64,000 nt of DNA from positions 1 through 64,000 of the IMG/VR virus record IMGVR_UViG_3300024054_000008; one strand, written 5' to 3'. Each line of letters opens with the position of its first letter. Position 1 is the first letter of the stretch. The translations under genes and the position numbers were made by a program. This document shows positions 19,550 through 29,902 of this stretch, piece after piece. This stretch comes from a virus. The notes beneath the pieces were generated by a model that had not been told where the DNA came from, searched no databases, and saw only the letters and a list, made by a program, of their open reading frames with translations.

Positions 19550-22468
19550 ATGGCTGTTACGGTTGGAGTTCAAAAGGTTGCTTCAGAACAAGCAGATGTT
19601 GTTCAAGCAGTCGTGTTATTAAATTCAGATATTGAACTAAAAAATCCGTTATTGTCATTATCTGAACAAGAAAATTTAAACAAAATTTTCACAGCACTTG
19701 GCATAAATTCATCAACGCATGATTTAGCTCAAGTTTCATTAAATACAGTACAGGTCCCATTCTATAACCACTTCACATACAATTTCTCAGTACGTTTCAT
19801 AAAGAAAAACACACCAAATGTAAATCTTCAATTCCAAGGACCGCCTGGTATACAAGGAAAACAAGGAAAACAAGGTGTGCCAGGAAATCCTGGTGGTCCA
19901 CCAGGACCACCAGGAGCAACAGGACCAAAAGGACAAACTGGACCTACTGGGCCACAAGGGGCGACCGGTCTTCAAGGCGCTACCGGCATAACTGGTGCTA
20001 CTGGTCCACAAGGTGTAACCGGACCAAAAGGTGCTACTGGACCACAAGGAGCTACAGGTGTACAAGGACCAACTGGAGTTACTGGTCCAACTGGTGCACA
20101 AGGAGCGACTGGACCGTCTGTAACAGGACCGCAAGGTGCTACAGGTGTACAAGGGCCAACCGGCCCGACAGGACCACAAGGTCAAACTGGTCCGGCAATT
20201 ACTGGGCCACAAGGTGCTACAGGTGTACAAGGTCCAACCGGACCAACTGGTTCACAAGGAGCGACTGGTCCAGTAGTAACTGGTCCACAAGGTGCGACCG
20301 GGTTACAAGGAGAGACTGGTGCAACTGGTCCTACTGGCCAACAAGGTGCAACTGGCCAACAAGGTGCAACTGGCCAACAAGGTGCAACTGGTGCAACTGG
20401 TCCTACTGGTCCGCAAGGTGAGACAGGTCCAGTTGTAACCGGGCCACAAGGTGCCACCGGGCCACAAGGTGCCACAGGTGTACAAGGGCCAACTGGTTCA
20501 CAAGGTGAGACTGGGCCAGTAGTAACTGGGCCACAAGGTCCAACAGGCGTACAGGGGCCAACAGGCGCTACCGGTCCTACTGGGCCACAAGGTGCTACTG
20601 GTCCAGTTGTAACAGGTCAACAAGGTGCTACCGGCGTACAGGGCATACAAGGTTCACCAGGTGTAACCGGAGCAACAGGACCGACTGGAGCACAAGGAGC
20701 AACAGGAGCGCAGGGACCAACAGGTCAAAATGGTCCTACTGGGCCGCAGGGTGCTACTGGTCCAGCTGTTACTGGACCACAGGGGGCAACCGGAGAACAA
20801 GGTGTTCAAGGTTCACCAGGTGTTACTGGTGCAACAGGTGCGACTGGGCCGCAGGGTGCTACTGGACAAGGCGCAACTGGTGCACAAGGACCAACTGGTG
20901 CACAGGGTGAAACTGGACCAGTAGTAACTGGTCCGCAGGGTGCTACTGGTCCACAAGGATCAACTGGGGCTATTGGATCTACCGGTGCTACTGGGCCACA
21001 AGGAGCTACTGGGCCGCAGGGTGCTACTGGGCCGCAGGGTGCTACTGGATTACAAGGACCAACGGGTGTACAAGGAGAGACCGGACCGCAGGGTGCAACC
21101 GGGCCGCAGGGGGCCACTGGCATACAAGGAGCTACTGGACCGCAGGGTGCTACTGGACCGCAGGGTGCTACTGGACCGCAGGGTGCTACTGGACCGCAGG
21201 GTGCTACTGGGCCACAAGGAGCAACTGGGGCAACCGGACCAACTGGTGCACAAGGAGAGACTGGTCCATCTGTAACCGGGCCGCAGGGTGCTACTGGATT
21301 ACAAGGGCCTACTGGTGCACAAGGAGCTACTGGTGCACAAGGAGCTACTGGACCACAAGGAGCAACTGGTCTACAAGGTGCTACCGGCGTACAGGGTGTT
21401 ACTGGTGCAACCGGACCACAAGGCGAAACCGGGCCGCAGGGAGCTACTGGACCACAAGGAGCCACAGGCATCCAAGGACCTACTGGGCCGCAGGGCGCTA
21501 CTGGGCCGCAGGGCGCTACTGGTCAACAAGGTGCTACTGGATTACAAGGGTCGACCGGAGCGACTGGGCCGACTGGACCACAAGGCGAGACCGGACCGCA
21601 GGGTGCTACTGGACAAATTGGTCCTCAAGGATCGCCAGGTGTTACTGGGGCAACTGGTCCAACAGGTGCAACTGGGCCACAAGGCGAAACCGGACCGCAA
21701 GGTGCAACTGGGCCACAAGGCATACAAGGATCGCCAGGTGTTACTGGGTCTACTGGACCGCAGGGTGCTACTGGACCGCAGGGTGCTACTGGACAAATTG
21801 GTCCGCAAGGATCGCCAGGGGTCACCGGAGCGACCGGACCACAAGGCGAAACCGGTCCGCAGGGTGCTACCGGACCACAAGGAGCCACAGGCATCCAAGG
21901 ACCAACTGGTCCTGGCAGTGGCGGTGGTGACGCAGCTTCCGTTACAGCAAATGATACAGCACCAACATTTGGATTTTCATATGTACAAGGTGCAATAGAC
22001 AAAATAAAAAATGTGCTCAATCCTGGTGTAACAGGGCCAGCTGGTGTAACTGGAACAGTTGTGCATACAATATCAAAAGTTCAACATGTTGTTGGGGTTG
22101 CTGGTAAACAATCATCAAACGCAACAGGGTTTGCATCTGTTGGTGCTATAAATTTTGATCCGCGTGATTACAGACCGGCGGTTCCAACCGCATCACAACA
22201 TATTAGATTTGCGGCTGTTATAGAATCGTCAGCAGGTCTTACTGGTACAGCTAGATTGTACGATCTAGCCGTTGGTACATATGTACCAAATTCGATACTT
22301 GCAACAGTTAATAGTACACCAACTTTATTGCGTTCTCCAGATCTTGGTTTGTCACAATTAGATAAAACATATGAAATACAAGTAAGCCTCGGAAGTTCAG
22401 CGACTGGGCCGACTGGATCTGATTCGGTTATTGTGAAATTGGCCAGGATTGAAATTCATCATGAATAA
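19550..22468 (+). CDS. Collagen-like protein: N-terminal domain, ~690-aa G-X-Y region, ~185-aa C-terminal globular domain; probable fibre
   Basis: G-P-Q/G-A-T/G-P-T triplets from ~19838 to ~21915. ATG 19550 is preferred over TTG 19541 by spacing to the AAGGT SD. Confidence 0.9.
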   Translation: MAVTVGVQKVASEQADVVQAVVLLNSDIELKNPLLSLSEQENLNKIFTALGINSSTHDLAQVSLNTVQVPFYNHFTYNFSVRFIKKNTPNVNLQFQGPPGIQGKQGKQGVPGNPGGPPGPPGATGPKGQTGPTGPQGATGLQGATGITGATGPQGVTGPKGATGPQGATGVQGPTGVTGPTGAQGATGPSVTGPQGATGVQGPTGPTGPQGQTGPAITGPQGATGVQGPTGPTGSQGATGPVVTGPQGATGLQGETGATGPTGQQGATGQQGATGQQGATGATGPTGPQGETGPVVTGPQGATGPQGATGVQGPTGSQGETGPVVTGPQGPTGVQGPTGATGPTGPQGATGPVVTGQQGATGVQGIQGSPGVTGATGPTGAQGATGAQGPTGQNGPTGPQGATGPAVTGPQGATGEQGVQGSPGVTGATGATGPQGATGQGATGAQGPTGAQGETGPVVTGPQGATGPQGSTGAIGSTGATGPQGATGPQGATGPQGATGLQGPTGVQGETGPQGATGPQGATGIQGATGPQGATGPQGATGPQGATGPQGATGPQGATGATGPTGAQGETGPSVTGPQGATGLQGPTGAQGATGAQGATGPQGATGLQGATGVQGVTGATGPQGETGPQGATGPQGATGIQGPTGPQGATGPQGATGQQGATGLQGSTGATGPTGPQGETGPQGATGQIGPQGSPGVTGATGPTGATGPQGETGPQGATGPQGIQGSPGVTGSTGPQGATGPQGATGQIGPQGSPGVTGATGPQGETGPQGATGPQGATGIQGPTGPGSGGGDAASVTANDTAPTFGFSYVQGAIDKIKNVLNPGVTGPAGVTGTVVHTISKVQHVVGVAGKQSSNATGFASVGAINFDPRDYRPAVPTASQHIRFAAVIESSAGLTGTARLYDLAVGTYVPNSILATVNSTPTLLRSPDLGLSQLDKTYEIQVSLGSSATGPTGSDSVIVKLARIEIHHE

Positions 22469-22507
22469 TTGCGGTAAATACTAATTAGCTTAATGTAATA
22501 TCGGTAA

Positions 22508-23929
22508 ATGAAAATATGGAATGTAAGACTTGGATTTGCTACAAATTCTAGCTCTTCTCACTCGTTGATTTTTCTAAAAAATATAAAAGATGATATCGAT
22601 GATAAAAACTATTTTGGATGGGAATGTTTTACAGCGGCAAGCAAAGAATTAAAACAAAATTATTTAGCTGCAACACTATACAGCAACCTTGCACACGTTT
22701 CTGATAAAAACACGGCAATTAATATAGTAAAAGAATGGTGTGCAATTAATGAAACAGAACGAGAGTTAGCAATAACTGAAGAAATTGTTGATAATGATAC
22801 TAAAGAATTCGATATAACTATAGACCATCAATCAATTTATTCTTTACCATTAAATTGGGAAGAATCATCAATAGATGAAAATTTTTTCAAAGATTTCAAA
22901 GATTTTTTATTGCAAGATGAACTTGTAATTTTAGGCGGAAACGATAATGGGGATGAACACCCTTTAAGCAATGGATCATTCAAATTAAATTTGGAAAAAG
23001 ATGTTAAACCAAGTTCGGTGGCAAAAAAGGATGACAACTTTTGGACTATCTTCAACAGAAGAAATGGAGCAAAAGTTAGACTTTCATTCGAAAAACCGGA
23101 GCAGAAACTAGAAAAACCAATCAAATCATCAACACCCGAATTAATAGACATTAAAATTACAGATTATTGCCCATTTAATTGCGAATATTGTTATCAGGGA
23201 TCAACAATAAAAGGGAGACATGCAGATCTGAACAACATTCAAAAAATCGTTGATGCAGCTGCTAATATGAAAGTATTTGAAGTAGCACTTGGTGGCGGTG
23301 AAACAACTCTGCATCCAGAATTTTTAACTATCCTTCAAATGTTTAAAAAGAAAAACGTTATACCAAATTTCACAACAAAATCATTAAAATGGTTAAAGTC
23401 TGAGAACGCAGACGAAATATTAAAAACATGTGGTTCGTTTGCATTTTCTGTTGAATGTATTAATGATATAAACGAATTATCGAAATACGAATTCGGATAT
23501 GGTTCGGAAAAACCATCTATTCAATATGTAATGGGGTCTACTGATATTGAAACATTCAAAAAAATTCTTGATATAACGGCAAAATCTGGGCATAAAATAA
23601 CACTCCTAGGATATAAACAAACAGGAAGGGGGCATAACTTTAAGCCATTCAATTATTCTAATTGGTTTGAGATTGTAAAAGAAAAAACAGAATCAGAATA
23701 CATTAGAATTGCGATTGACACGGCGTTAGCATCAGAATCAATTCACACACTTCAAGAAGAAGTATACGAATTTTCGTATTTTACAGATGAAGGTAAATTC
23801 TCCATGTACATCGATGCTGTTGAAAACAAAATTGGGCCGTCATCATATTGTGAACAATTGAAAATGAAAAAATTAAATAAAGACGAAAATTTCACTGCTC
23901 AAATTCTCAATCATTATTCAAAATGGTAA
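22508..23929 (+). CDS. Radical SAM protein fused to an N-terminal TNSSS-motif domain
   Basis: CPFNCEYC (CxxxCxxC), ALGGGETTLHP, NFTT; N-terminus RLGFATNSSSSHS. Confidence 0.85.
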   Translation: MKIWNVRLGFATNSSSSHSLIFLKNIKDDIDDKNYFGWECFTAASKELKQNYLAATLYSNLAHVSDKNTAINIVKEWCAINETERELAITEEIVDNDTKEFDITIDHQSIYSLPLNWEESSIDENFFKDFKDFLLQDELVILGGNDNGDEHPLSNGSFKLNLEKDVKPSSVAKKDDNFWTIFNRRNGAKVRLSFEKPEQKLEKPIKSSTPELIDIKITDYCPFNCEYCYQGSTIKGRHADLNNIQKIVDAAANMKVFEVALGGGETTLHPEFLTILQMFKKKNVIPNFTTKSLKWLKSENADEILKTCGSFAFSVECINDINELSKYEFGYGSEKPSIQYVMGSTDIETFKKILDITAKSGHKITLLGYKQTGRGHNFKPFNYSNWFEIVKEKTESEYIRIAIDTALASESIHTLQEEVYEFSYFTDEGKFSMYIDAVENKIGPSSYCEQLKMKKLNKDENFTAQILNHYSKW

Positions 23930-23930
23930 T

Positions 23931-24362
23931 TTACACACCAAGCAAATCTCTAGTTATTTTTTCATTCCAAGCGGCCTCAATTAATTCTTTCCAATCATCA
24001 AGCGTGATACCTTTATTATAATTATGACCAACCAATTTTTCTAAATTTGATATTAATTTTCGTCGTATGTATTTATTTCTTAAATCAACAGCTTCGTCTA
24101 TTGATATATTTTTTGGTGAACCACCAATATCAACAAACATAACTGATTTTAAAACATCACTTCTATTAATTACAGAATGTTTTTCACAAAGACCTATTGG
24201 TCGATCTAGACCCTCAGCACCAAGGTTGTAACTAAACGCAATTGTTGCTAATTTCTTACACCGTTTAATTAAGCCTTTACTATATCCACCAAGGACTAAT
24301 TTAGCTTCTAAATCAGATCTATTCAATACATAAGCACATTGCATGTACCTCACGCCTATCAT
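23931..24362 (-). CDS. Hypothetical protein
   Basis: 143-aa ORF ending WNEKITRDLLGV*, a looser version of the shared C-terminal tag. Confidence 0.5.
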   Translation of the reverse strand: MIGVRYMQCAYVLNRSDLEAKLVLGGYSKGLIKRCKKLATIAFSYNLGAEGLDRPIGLCEKHSVINRSDVLKSVMFVDIGGSPKNISIDEAVDLRNKYIRRKLISNLEKLVGHNYNKGITLDDWKELIEAAWNEKITRDLLGV

Positions 24363-24377
24363 GTTTAAAATTTACAT

Positions 24378-25157
24378 TTATGTCGTAACAGAGGCCATCT
24401 GAGCCTTTTCCTCTTCAAGATAAGGCGAGACAGCGTTAAAAAATTCTTTTAACAAACTCTTCGATTTTGTTGGGTCACCAGAATGTTCTTTTAATATGTC
24501 AGAATAATGGTCAATAGCACCTTCCAAACTCATAGTCGGTTTAGTTGATGGCTTGGTCTCAACTTTGTCTTCTTCAAGTTCAATACGAGCAGCAGGTTCG
24601 AGCAAATGTTTATATAAACCCTTTTTAATACTTTCTCCAGATTTAACCAAAATGTCAATTTTTGACATCAAATTATCAATTGATGGTTTAGATGGTTTAA
24701 TACGAATCTTCTCCATAGATTTCAAAACATCAGAAACACCATCAAAAAACAATTTGTTATCTTCACGTTCTTTTTCCATATAATAAGAAGGATCAGCCCA
24801 TTCAGATTTACCCTCAACAAATTCATCAACATCCATCATGTATGATGGATGTATTGAAGTGTCTTCTTCAACATCTTTTGGTTTTTTGAAAAACCACTTT
24901 AATTTGTCCCAAATACCAGCCACAACAACACTGGCTGATTTTGACTTTTGCAAAAGTTTTTTAAGTTCTTCCTCTTCAGCCAACTCTTCTTTGAAGAATT
25001 TTGAGAATTCTTCAACATCTTCGTAGTCAGCCAGAGCCTTATTTAAATCTTGTCGCAATGATTTTAATACACCAAGAGCGTCATCAACATGCTCTTCTAG
25101 CCGCTTAAATTCTGGGTTAACCACGGCTATGCGGCATGCTATACGACTAAAATTCAT
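24378..25157 (-). CDS. Hypothetical helical protein with N-terminal RIACRIA motif
   Basis: Acidic/helical ~260-aa ORF; start placed at ATG 25157. Confidence 0.55.
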   Translation of the reverse strand: MNFSRIACRIAVVNPEFKRLEEHVDDALGVLKSLRQDLNKALADYEDVEEFSKFFKEELAEEEELKKLLQKSKSASVVVAGIWDKLKWFFKKPKDVEEDTSIHPSYMMDVDEFVEGKSEWADPSYYMEKEREDNKLFFDGVSDVLKSMEKIRIKPSKPSIDNLMSKIDILVKSGESIKKGLYKHLLEPAARIELEEDKVETKPSTKPTMSLEGAIDHYSDILKEHSGDPTKSKSLLKEFFNAVSPYLEEEKAQMASVTT

Positions 25158-25180
25158 ACCAAACAAATTCAAAAATAGAT

Positions 25181-25489
25181 TTATGAATTTACAACTTCTT
25201 CAGTAATTTCAATTGCGCAATGTTGTTCGATTGATTTTAAAGAAATTGCAACAGCGTCCTTAAAATCAGACGGTAAATCACCATTAATTAACCATTGACC
25301 AAAATCATATAATTCAACAACATCTATGGTATGTTTACCAGACGGTAATTCTGTAAAACTTTTCATATTTTGTCTAAACCATGCCGCACCACATCCTTGA
25401 CATATCGGATTAGGACAATAATATATGCCAGCGCATTCGACATCTTCACTTTCATATCCACAAAAGGAACATCTAGAAATATCGTCCAC
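25181..25489 (-). CDS. Small Cys-rich (Zn-finger-like) protein with C-terminal ITEEVVNS tag
   Basis: CSFCG...C...YCPNPICQGC; ends IEITEEVVNS*. Confidence 0.55.
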   Translation of the reverse strand: MDDISRCSFCGYESEDVECAGIYYCPNPICQGCGAAWFRQNMKSFTELPSGKHTIDVVELYDFGQWLINGDLPSDFKDAVAISLKSIEQHCAIEITEEVVNS

Positions 25490-25518
25490 ATAAGATTTTA
25501 CATTTGTAATGTGTTAAT

Positions 25519-26559
25519 ATGTCTACTTGGTTTGTAACTGGTGGATTAGGTGTGATAGGTTCAAAATTTGTTGAAATAATCATAAACAAAGGAGACAAAT
25601 CAATCATACTCGATGCAGCAGAAGAACCGAGAAACATATGGATTGCTGACAAATTAAAATCAAAATTTAAAGACCGTGTTGAAATTATAACATCAAGATT
25701 AGAAAAAGAACCGTTGGATGAAATAATTAAAAAAAGTGATGCAATTTTACACGCCGCAGCTCATACCGGGATACCACATAGTACAGATTTTCCTTCAGAC
25801 GATTGGATATCGAATGTTGATGCAACAAGACTGTTGTTAGAATCAATAAGAAAAACAAAACCAAACACACCAACTATAATGTTATCAAGCGTAAAACCAT
25901 ATAAAACGGACCATATCAAATGTAAACCTGGAAAATCAAGAATGATATGGAATGATAATTTTAATGGTATAGATGAATCTGTCATATTAGAACCAGATGA
26001 ACCGTATGCTGCATCCAAAATGGCGCAATCCGCACTTGGTATGGCATACGGTAGAACTTACAACATTCCAGTAACAGTGTTGCGCTGTTCAAATTTGTAT
26101 GGAGATGCTCCATGCCACGGCCCAAGACACGGATGGCTAACATGGTTTTGTATATCAGCCGCTCTTGATTGGCACATAGAACTACAAGGGTCTGGAGTTC
26201 AAACTAGAGACATGTTGTTTTCAAATGACGTGGCAAGTGCCGTATTAGCGTCATATGAAAACATAGGCAATATGAAAGGCAATGTATATAACATAGGAGG
26301 AGGAGCAGAAAACACCATAAGCTGTATAGAAGCAATTCACTTATTACAAGATATAACAAAAAAAGAAATGAAGATAAAAACTAAACCGAGTCGAAAAAAC
26401 GAAGATTTATTATTTTTAACAAATTTTAACAAATTTAATTCAATTACAAATTGGAAACCAACAATAGGAGTTAGAAAAGGAATAGAATTTATTTATAATT
26501 GGGCAATTTCTAATAAAGAAGACCTAGGTAAAATTTATGCTGAAGTTAAACCTAGCTAG
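25519..26559 (+). CDS. NAD-dependent epimerase/dehydratase (extended SDR, nucleotide-sugar modifying)
   Basis: VTGGLGVIGS (GxxGxxG), HAAA, YAASK (YxxxK), LRCSNLYG, QTRDMLF...DVA, YNIGGG. Confidence 0.92.
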   Translation: MSTWFVTGGLGVIGSKFVEIIINKGDKSIILDAAEEPRNIWIADKLKSKFKDRVEIITSRLEKEPLDEIIKKSDAILHAAAHTGIPHSTDFPSDDWISNVDATRLLLESIRKTKPNTPTIMLSSVKPYKTDHIKCKPGKSRMIWNDNFNGIDESVILEPDEPYAASKMAQSALGMAYGRTYNIPVTVLRCSNLYGDAPCHGPRHGWLTWFCISAALDWHIELQGSGVQTRDMLFSNDVASAVLASYENIGNMKGNVYNIGGGAENTISCIEAIHLLQDITKKEMKIKTKPSRKNEDLLFLTNFNKFNSITNWKPTIGVRKGIEFIYNWAISNKEDLGKIYAEVKPS

Positions 26560-27049
26560 TGGAACTGACATAAGAGATGGGTGGTTGAACCTTGATATTG
26601 TTAAGAAATGGCCGTTGGCTAAAAGAGAATGTGATATAATATGGGACGCTAGAAAAGATAAAATTCCATTTCAAGATGACTCCGTATCAGAGATATATGC
26701 TGGTTATTTACTTTTGCATTTAGCACCACGATATCATGAAAAAGTGTTACAAGAAATAAGACGTGTTTTACTACCGACCGGTATATTAACAGTTGGTGAA
26801 GTTGATATGAAAATCGTTATGAAAATGTGGTTGGAAAATCCGGAGTCGGTTAATTTATCGGAGTTGATTTGGGGTGAACAAGGATCAACACACGGGGAAG
26901 AATTATCTGATTACGACAAACATTGCTGGGGTTGGACAGAAGAAAAACTGACGAAATTTTTACATTCTAATGGGTTCAAAAATATAAACAGAACGAAAAT
27001 TCATTGTTCAGAAGTTTTTTACGAATTGACATTAACATGCCAGAAATGA
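26537..27049 (+). CDS. Class I SAM-dependent methyltransferase (Methyltransf_11-like)
   Basis: KLNLASG..GWLNLD, IPFQDDSVSEIYA, EIRRVLLPTG. Confidence 0.85.
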   Translation: MLKLNLASGTDIRDGWLNLDIVKKWPLAKRECDIIWDARKDKIPFQDDSVSEIYAGYLLLHLAPRYHEKVLQEIRRVLLPTGILTVGEVDMKIVMKMWLENPESVNLSELIWGEQGSTHGEELSDYDKHCWGWTEEKLTKFLHSNGFKNINRTKIHCSEVFYELTLTCQK

Positions 27050-27972
27050 CACCATACGTATCAATAGTTGTACCAACCATAAGAGTGGGCGGGCTTGATG
27101 TTTTATTAAACAGCTTGAATGGTCAAACATTTAAAAATTTTGAATTAATTCTAATAGATGGAATATTTGATTATAGACATGAATTGATATCAAACAAACT
27201 AGAGAAATTTGATTTCAAAATTGTGCATAAACCGCCATTTAATAATCCTTTCCCAATAAACAGCTTTTGCAAATTCGCAAATACTGGACTTGTTCACGCA
27301 AATGGAGAAATTGTATTATTCGTTACTGATTACACATGGTTATTAAACAATTGCGTTGAGATTCACGCTAATTTTCATAAATCTAACAACGATTTACAAG
27401 CCTTAATGTGCCCACACAATTATTTCGAACCACCAACGTTAAAAAAAGATTTTCCAATATACAAATTAGAGACTGTTCTAGATCACAAACAAGAACAAAT
27501 TGATATTTATATCGATGATTTAAAATCTGGAAAATTAAATAATTATATGTGGAGCATATTCGAACAAGAATTTTCTAATATTGAAAATTTGCATCCAGAT
27601 CAAGTTTTTTGGAATACAGACCCAAAATTAACACACCAAAAAGGATGTATACAACCAATATTTTTCCATGCAAAAAATGAAAGCTGTAAACTTGAAAAAG
27701 TAATGCGAATAAACGGTTGGGATGAAGATTTAGATGGATCACATTGCTATCAAGATTCAGACTTAGCAGAAAGATTATCACAGATTTCAGGATTAAACTG
27801 GCATTGTGATCCAACAAACATTGCGTACATAATAAACCCAAGAAAACACATTCCGCGTGCCAGACGGTTAAGACCAATAGAAACAAATCATACAATGTGG
27901 ATGAATAAAAAATTGTCAGGGTATCCAACACCTAATTCTTGGAGTTTAATTGAAAAGAAACAACAGATGTAA
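27046..27972 (+). CDS. Glycosyltransferase family 2 (GT-A fold)
   Basis: VSIVVPT, FELILIDG, ANGEIVLFVTD, NGWDEDLDG...QDSDLAERL; ATGA overlap with the methyltransferase stop. Confidence 0.85.
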   Translation: MTPYVSIVVPTIRVGGLDVLLNSLNGQTFKNFELILIDGIFDYRHELISNKLEKFDFKIVHKPPFNNPFPINSFCKFANTGLVHANGEIVLFVTDYTWLLNNCVEIHANFHKSNNDLQALMCPHNYFEPPTLKKDFPIYKLETVLDHKQEQIDIYIDDLKSGKLNNYMWSIFEQEFSNIENLHPDQVFWNTDPKLTHQKGCIQPIFFHAKNESCKLEKVMRINGWDEDLDGSHCYQDSDLAERLSQISGLNWHCDPTNIAYIINPRKHIPRARRLRPIETNHTMWMNKKLSGYPTPNSWSLIEKKQQM

Positions 27973-27980
27973 TATTTAAT

Positions 27981-28460
27981 ATGAATAAATGCAAAGTTTT
28001 ATCAATAAACGGGAATTGTATAACAGCAGCCGATTTTAAAAACAAAAGAGTTTATACTTTCATATCAATTAATGAAAATAAAGATTTGGGTGAGAATATA
28101 GACATATTTTTAGATGTAAAAGGTCTTCTTAACGGAACCACGGTCATAAAAGCAATACAAAGAAAAATTGGAAACATTGATTCAGAGTGGAAACATTATT
28201 TTCTGGGACCAACAATTTGGTTAACAAATGATCCAAATGATAAGACTAAATTTGTTAGACAAGAAGATATTATTAACGATGTCAGTATTGGTTCAAAATG
28301 GGCAAACAAAGAAAACAAATCTAAAATTATTGAAATAGTAAAAATGACCGGGAACGACATGGATGATATAATAATGGTTAAATTATTGGATACAAACAAT
28401 AACTTCATAGCCAGATCTATGAAAATTGACAGCCTATTGCGTAGTTACACAAAGTGCTAA
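27981..28460 (+). CDS. Hypothetical protein
   Basis: 159-aa ORF preceded by a TG-TAATAT box. Confidence 0.55.
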   Translation: MNKCKVLSINGNCITAADFKNKRVYTFISINENKDLGENIDIFLDVKGLLNGTTVIKAIQRKIGNIDSEWKHYFLGPTIWLTNDPNDKTKFVRQEDIINDVSIGSKWANKENKSKIIEIVKMTGNDMDDIIMVKLLDTNNNFIARSMKIDSLLRSYTKC

Positions 28461-28738
28461 AGACTGAATTAATACTTTATGCAATAACTTCAAAATATAA
28501 TAATGAAAATTTATTCATATTAGTTAATAAATCAGATTATAAAATTATGAAAACTGATTTTATAAACATTCGTACTGGACCTGTAACTTTTATAGCAGGA
28601 CTTCCAATGATAATATCAAATGATGTTAAAGAAGGTTATTTTTATGTTTTAGATGTCCCAGAGTTTGAGTTAATTCATGCTATAAATAACGAATACAAAT
28701 ATAGTGATGTATTAGCAGAATTTCAATCTACACAGTAA
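28454..28738 (+). CDS. Hypothetical protein
   Basis: 94-aa ORF overlapping the previous stop; start uncertain. Confidence 0.4.
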   Translation: MLKTELILYAITSKYNNENLFILVNKSDYKIMKTDFINIRTGPVTFIAGLPMIISNDVKEGYFYVLDVPEFELIHAINNEYKYSDVLAEFQSTQ

Positions 28739-28743
28739 TAAAT

Positions 28744-29019
28744 TCAGTCTGTGGAAGAAGAATCAGACTGTGCATCAGATCCAGAATCTGACATAGACCC
28801 AGCTGACCCACCGGTTGAAGATCCTGACGATCCACCAGAAGATGACCCAGCGGCGCCGTCCGTTGACGTTCCGGCTGCGCCACCAGTGGCCGAACCGGCT
28901 GAACCACCAGTTGAAGCTCCGGCCGCTCCTCCAGTACCACCAGACTTCTTATCTTCATCATCACTGCCGCAGTTAACGACAGCCAAACCAACTATTAAAG
29001 CCACGGTGAATTTCTTCAT
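28744..29019 (-). CDS. Small putative lipoprotein with Gly/Ser/Ala-rich linker-like body
   Basis: MKKFTVALIVGLAVVN-C-GSDD: basic N-region, hydrophobic core, lipobox-like Cys; remainder GGAAG/GSSS repeats; SD GGAG. Confidence 0.65.
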   Translation of the reverse strand: MKKFTVALIVGLAVVNCGSDDEDKKSGGTGGAAGASTGGSAGSATGGAAGTSTDGAAGSSSGGSSGSSTGGSAGSMSDSGSDAQSDSSSTD

Positions 29020-29074
29020 AGTCTACTCCAAGCTATTCCTACATGTTTAATTTTATAAATGCTTGGAAATTAAA

Positions 29075-29287
29075 CGGGCCGGGAGTTCAGACTGAAATGG
29101 TCGTTACTAACAGCTGACACCTAAAGACTTGGGGCTTTGTGCTTATGGCTGACAAGTCTGAGTGCTAAATGCTACAATATCAGTGCCAGTGTAGATCGAT
29201 GATTCCACAGAGTGCTTCAAGCTGAGCGTACCATACGCCCAGCTCAGAACTCCATGGACAACCATTCATATCATCCCTCCCGGTCCG
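29075..29287 (-). ncRNA. Candidate ~213-nt structured RNA (multi-stem) downstream of the DIP1984-like gene
   Basis: Closing helix 29277-29287/29075-29085 (11 bp, 1 mismatch); second helix 29258-29266/29096-29104 (9 bp); hairpins 29220-29244 (11 bp), 29190-29209 and 29125-29159 (7 bp). Three G-U wobbles work on the minus strand (one on plus). GC-richer than the flanking intergenic DNA. Confidence 0.55.
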
Positions 29288-29296
29288 GAACGCATA

Positions 29297-29800
29297 TCAC
29301 AGCAAAACTGTGATATGGTTCATCTTCTCGACCGAATTATTTAAACGGTCGAATTGATCTTGGAGCTTCTCAACAAATGCTGAGCGTTCTGCTTCTGGTA
29401 AATCACATTTATAATGTGTAGTTGTTCTAATACGCTTGCCATCGTCATTATAGTCCCAACTATCATCTTTGGTGTCAACATGGGCACGACACGGCAAACC
29501 TTTCACCCAAACAATTTGACCTTTCAATTCCTGAAGGGTGCGAACTGCTTCAGCAAGATTTGTGGTTTTACCTTCAAAATCGAACGTAGTATTAGCATTA
29601 GTAATATAAACCATAGACTCTAGTTTTATAAGCTGATTCCTAATTTCATCAGACTTTTCAAGAGTTGCTTTAAATGAAAAAGCGGGCTTATTATCAACTA
29701 CATATGAAACGGACGAAGAAGCCCTAGCAAGATTGTCAGACAATTGACCCTTGAGCTTTTTAATTTGACGAAGAGCTTGTGAAATAGTTAGATTAGCCAT
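29297..29800 (-). CDS. DIP1984/DUF6847-like coiled-coil protein
   Basis: Pattern TISQALRQIKKL...ITNANTT..FEGKT.NLAEAV...L.QFDRLN..VE.MNH.T.L matches my recollection of the DIP1984 family layout. Confidence 0.6.
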   Translation of the reverse strand: MANLTISQALRQIKKLKGQLSDNLARASSSVSYVVDNKPAFSFKATLEKSDEIRNQLIKLESMVYITNANTTFDFEGKTTNLAEAVRTLQELKGQIVWVKGLPCRAHVDTKDDSWDYNDDGKRIRTTTHYKCDLPEAERSAFVEKLQDQFDRLNNSVEKMNHITVLL

Positions 29801-29902
29801 GCACGATACTACACCGACTTAGTTGTCAATAGTTCAGAAACTTCAGAAACCGGCTTTTTGTTTGTCAATCATGTTCATTAGGTGTATTAAATAGACTATA
29901 TA

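Noticed and set aside
19787-22020. Overlapping ORFs inside the second collagen gene
   Set aside because: Frame and antisense artefacts of repetitive GC-rich collagen codons.
28751-29050. Pro/Asp-rich + strand ORF
   Set aside because: Antisense of the Gly/Ser-rich lipoprotein, which has the SD and signal peptide.
29075-29287. Interpreting the structured element as a tRNA, tmRNA or simple terminator
   Set aside because: No T-loop/anticodon cloverleaf or CCA-type end was seen, and it is much larger and more branched than a terminator. Kept as an unknown ncRNA candidate.
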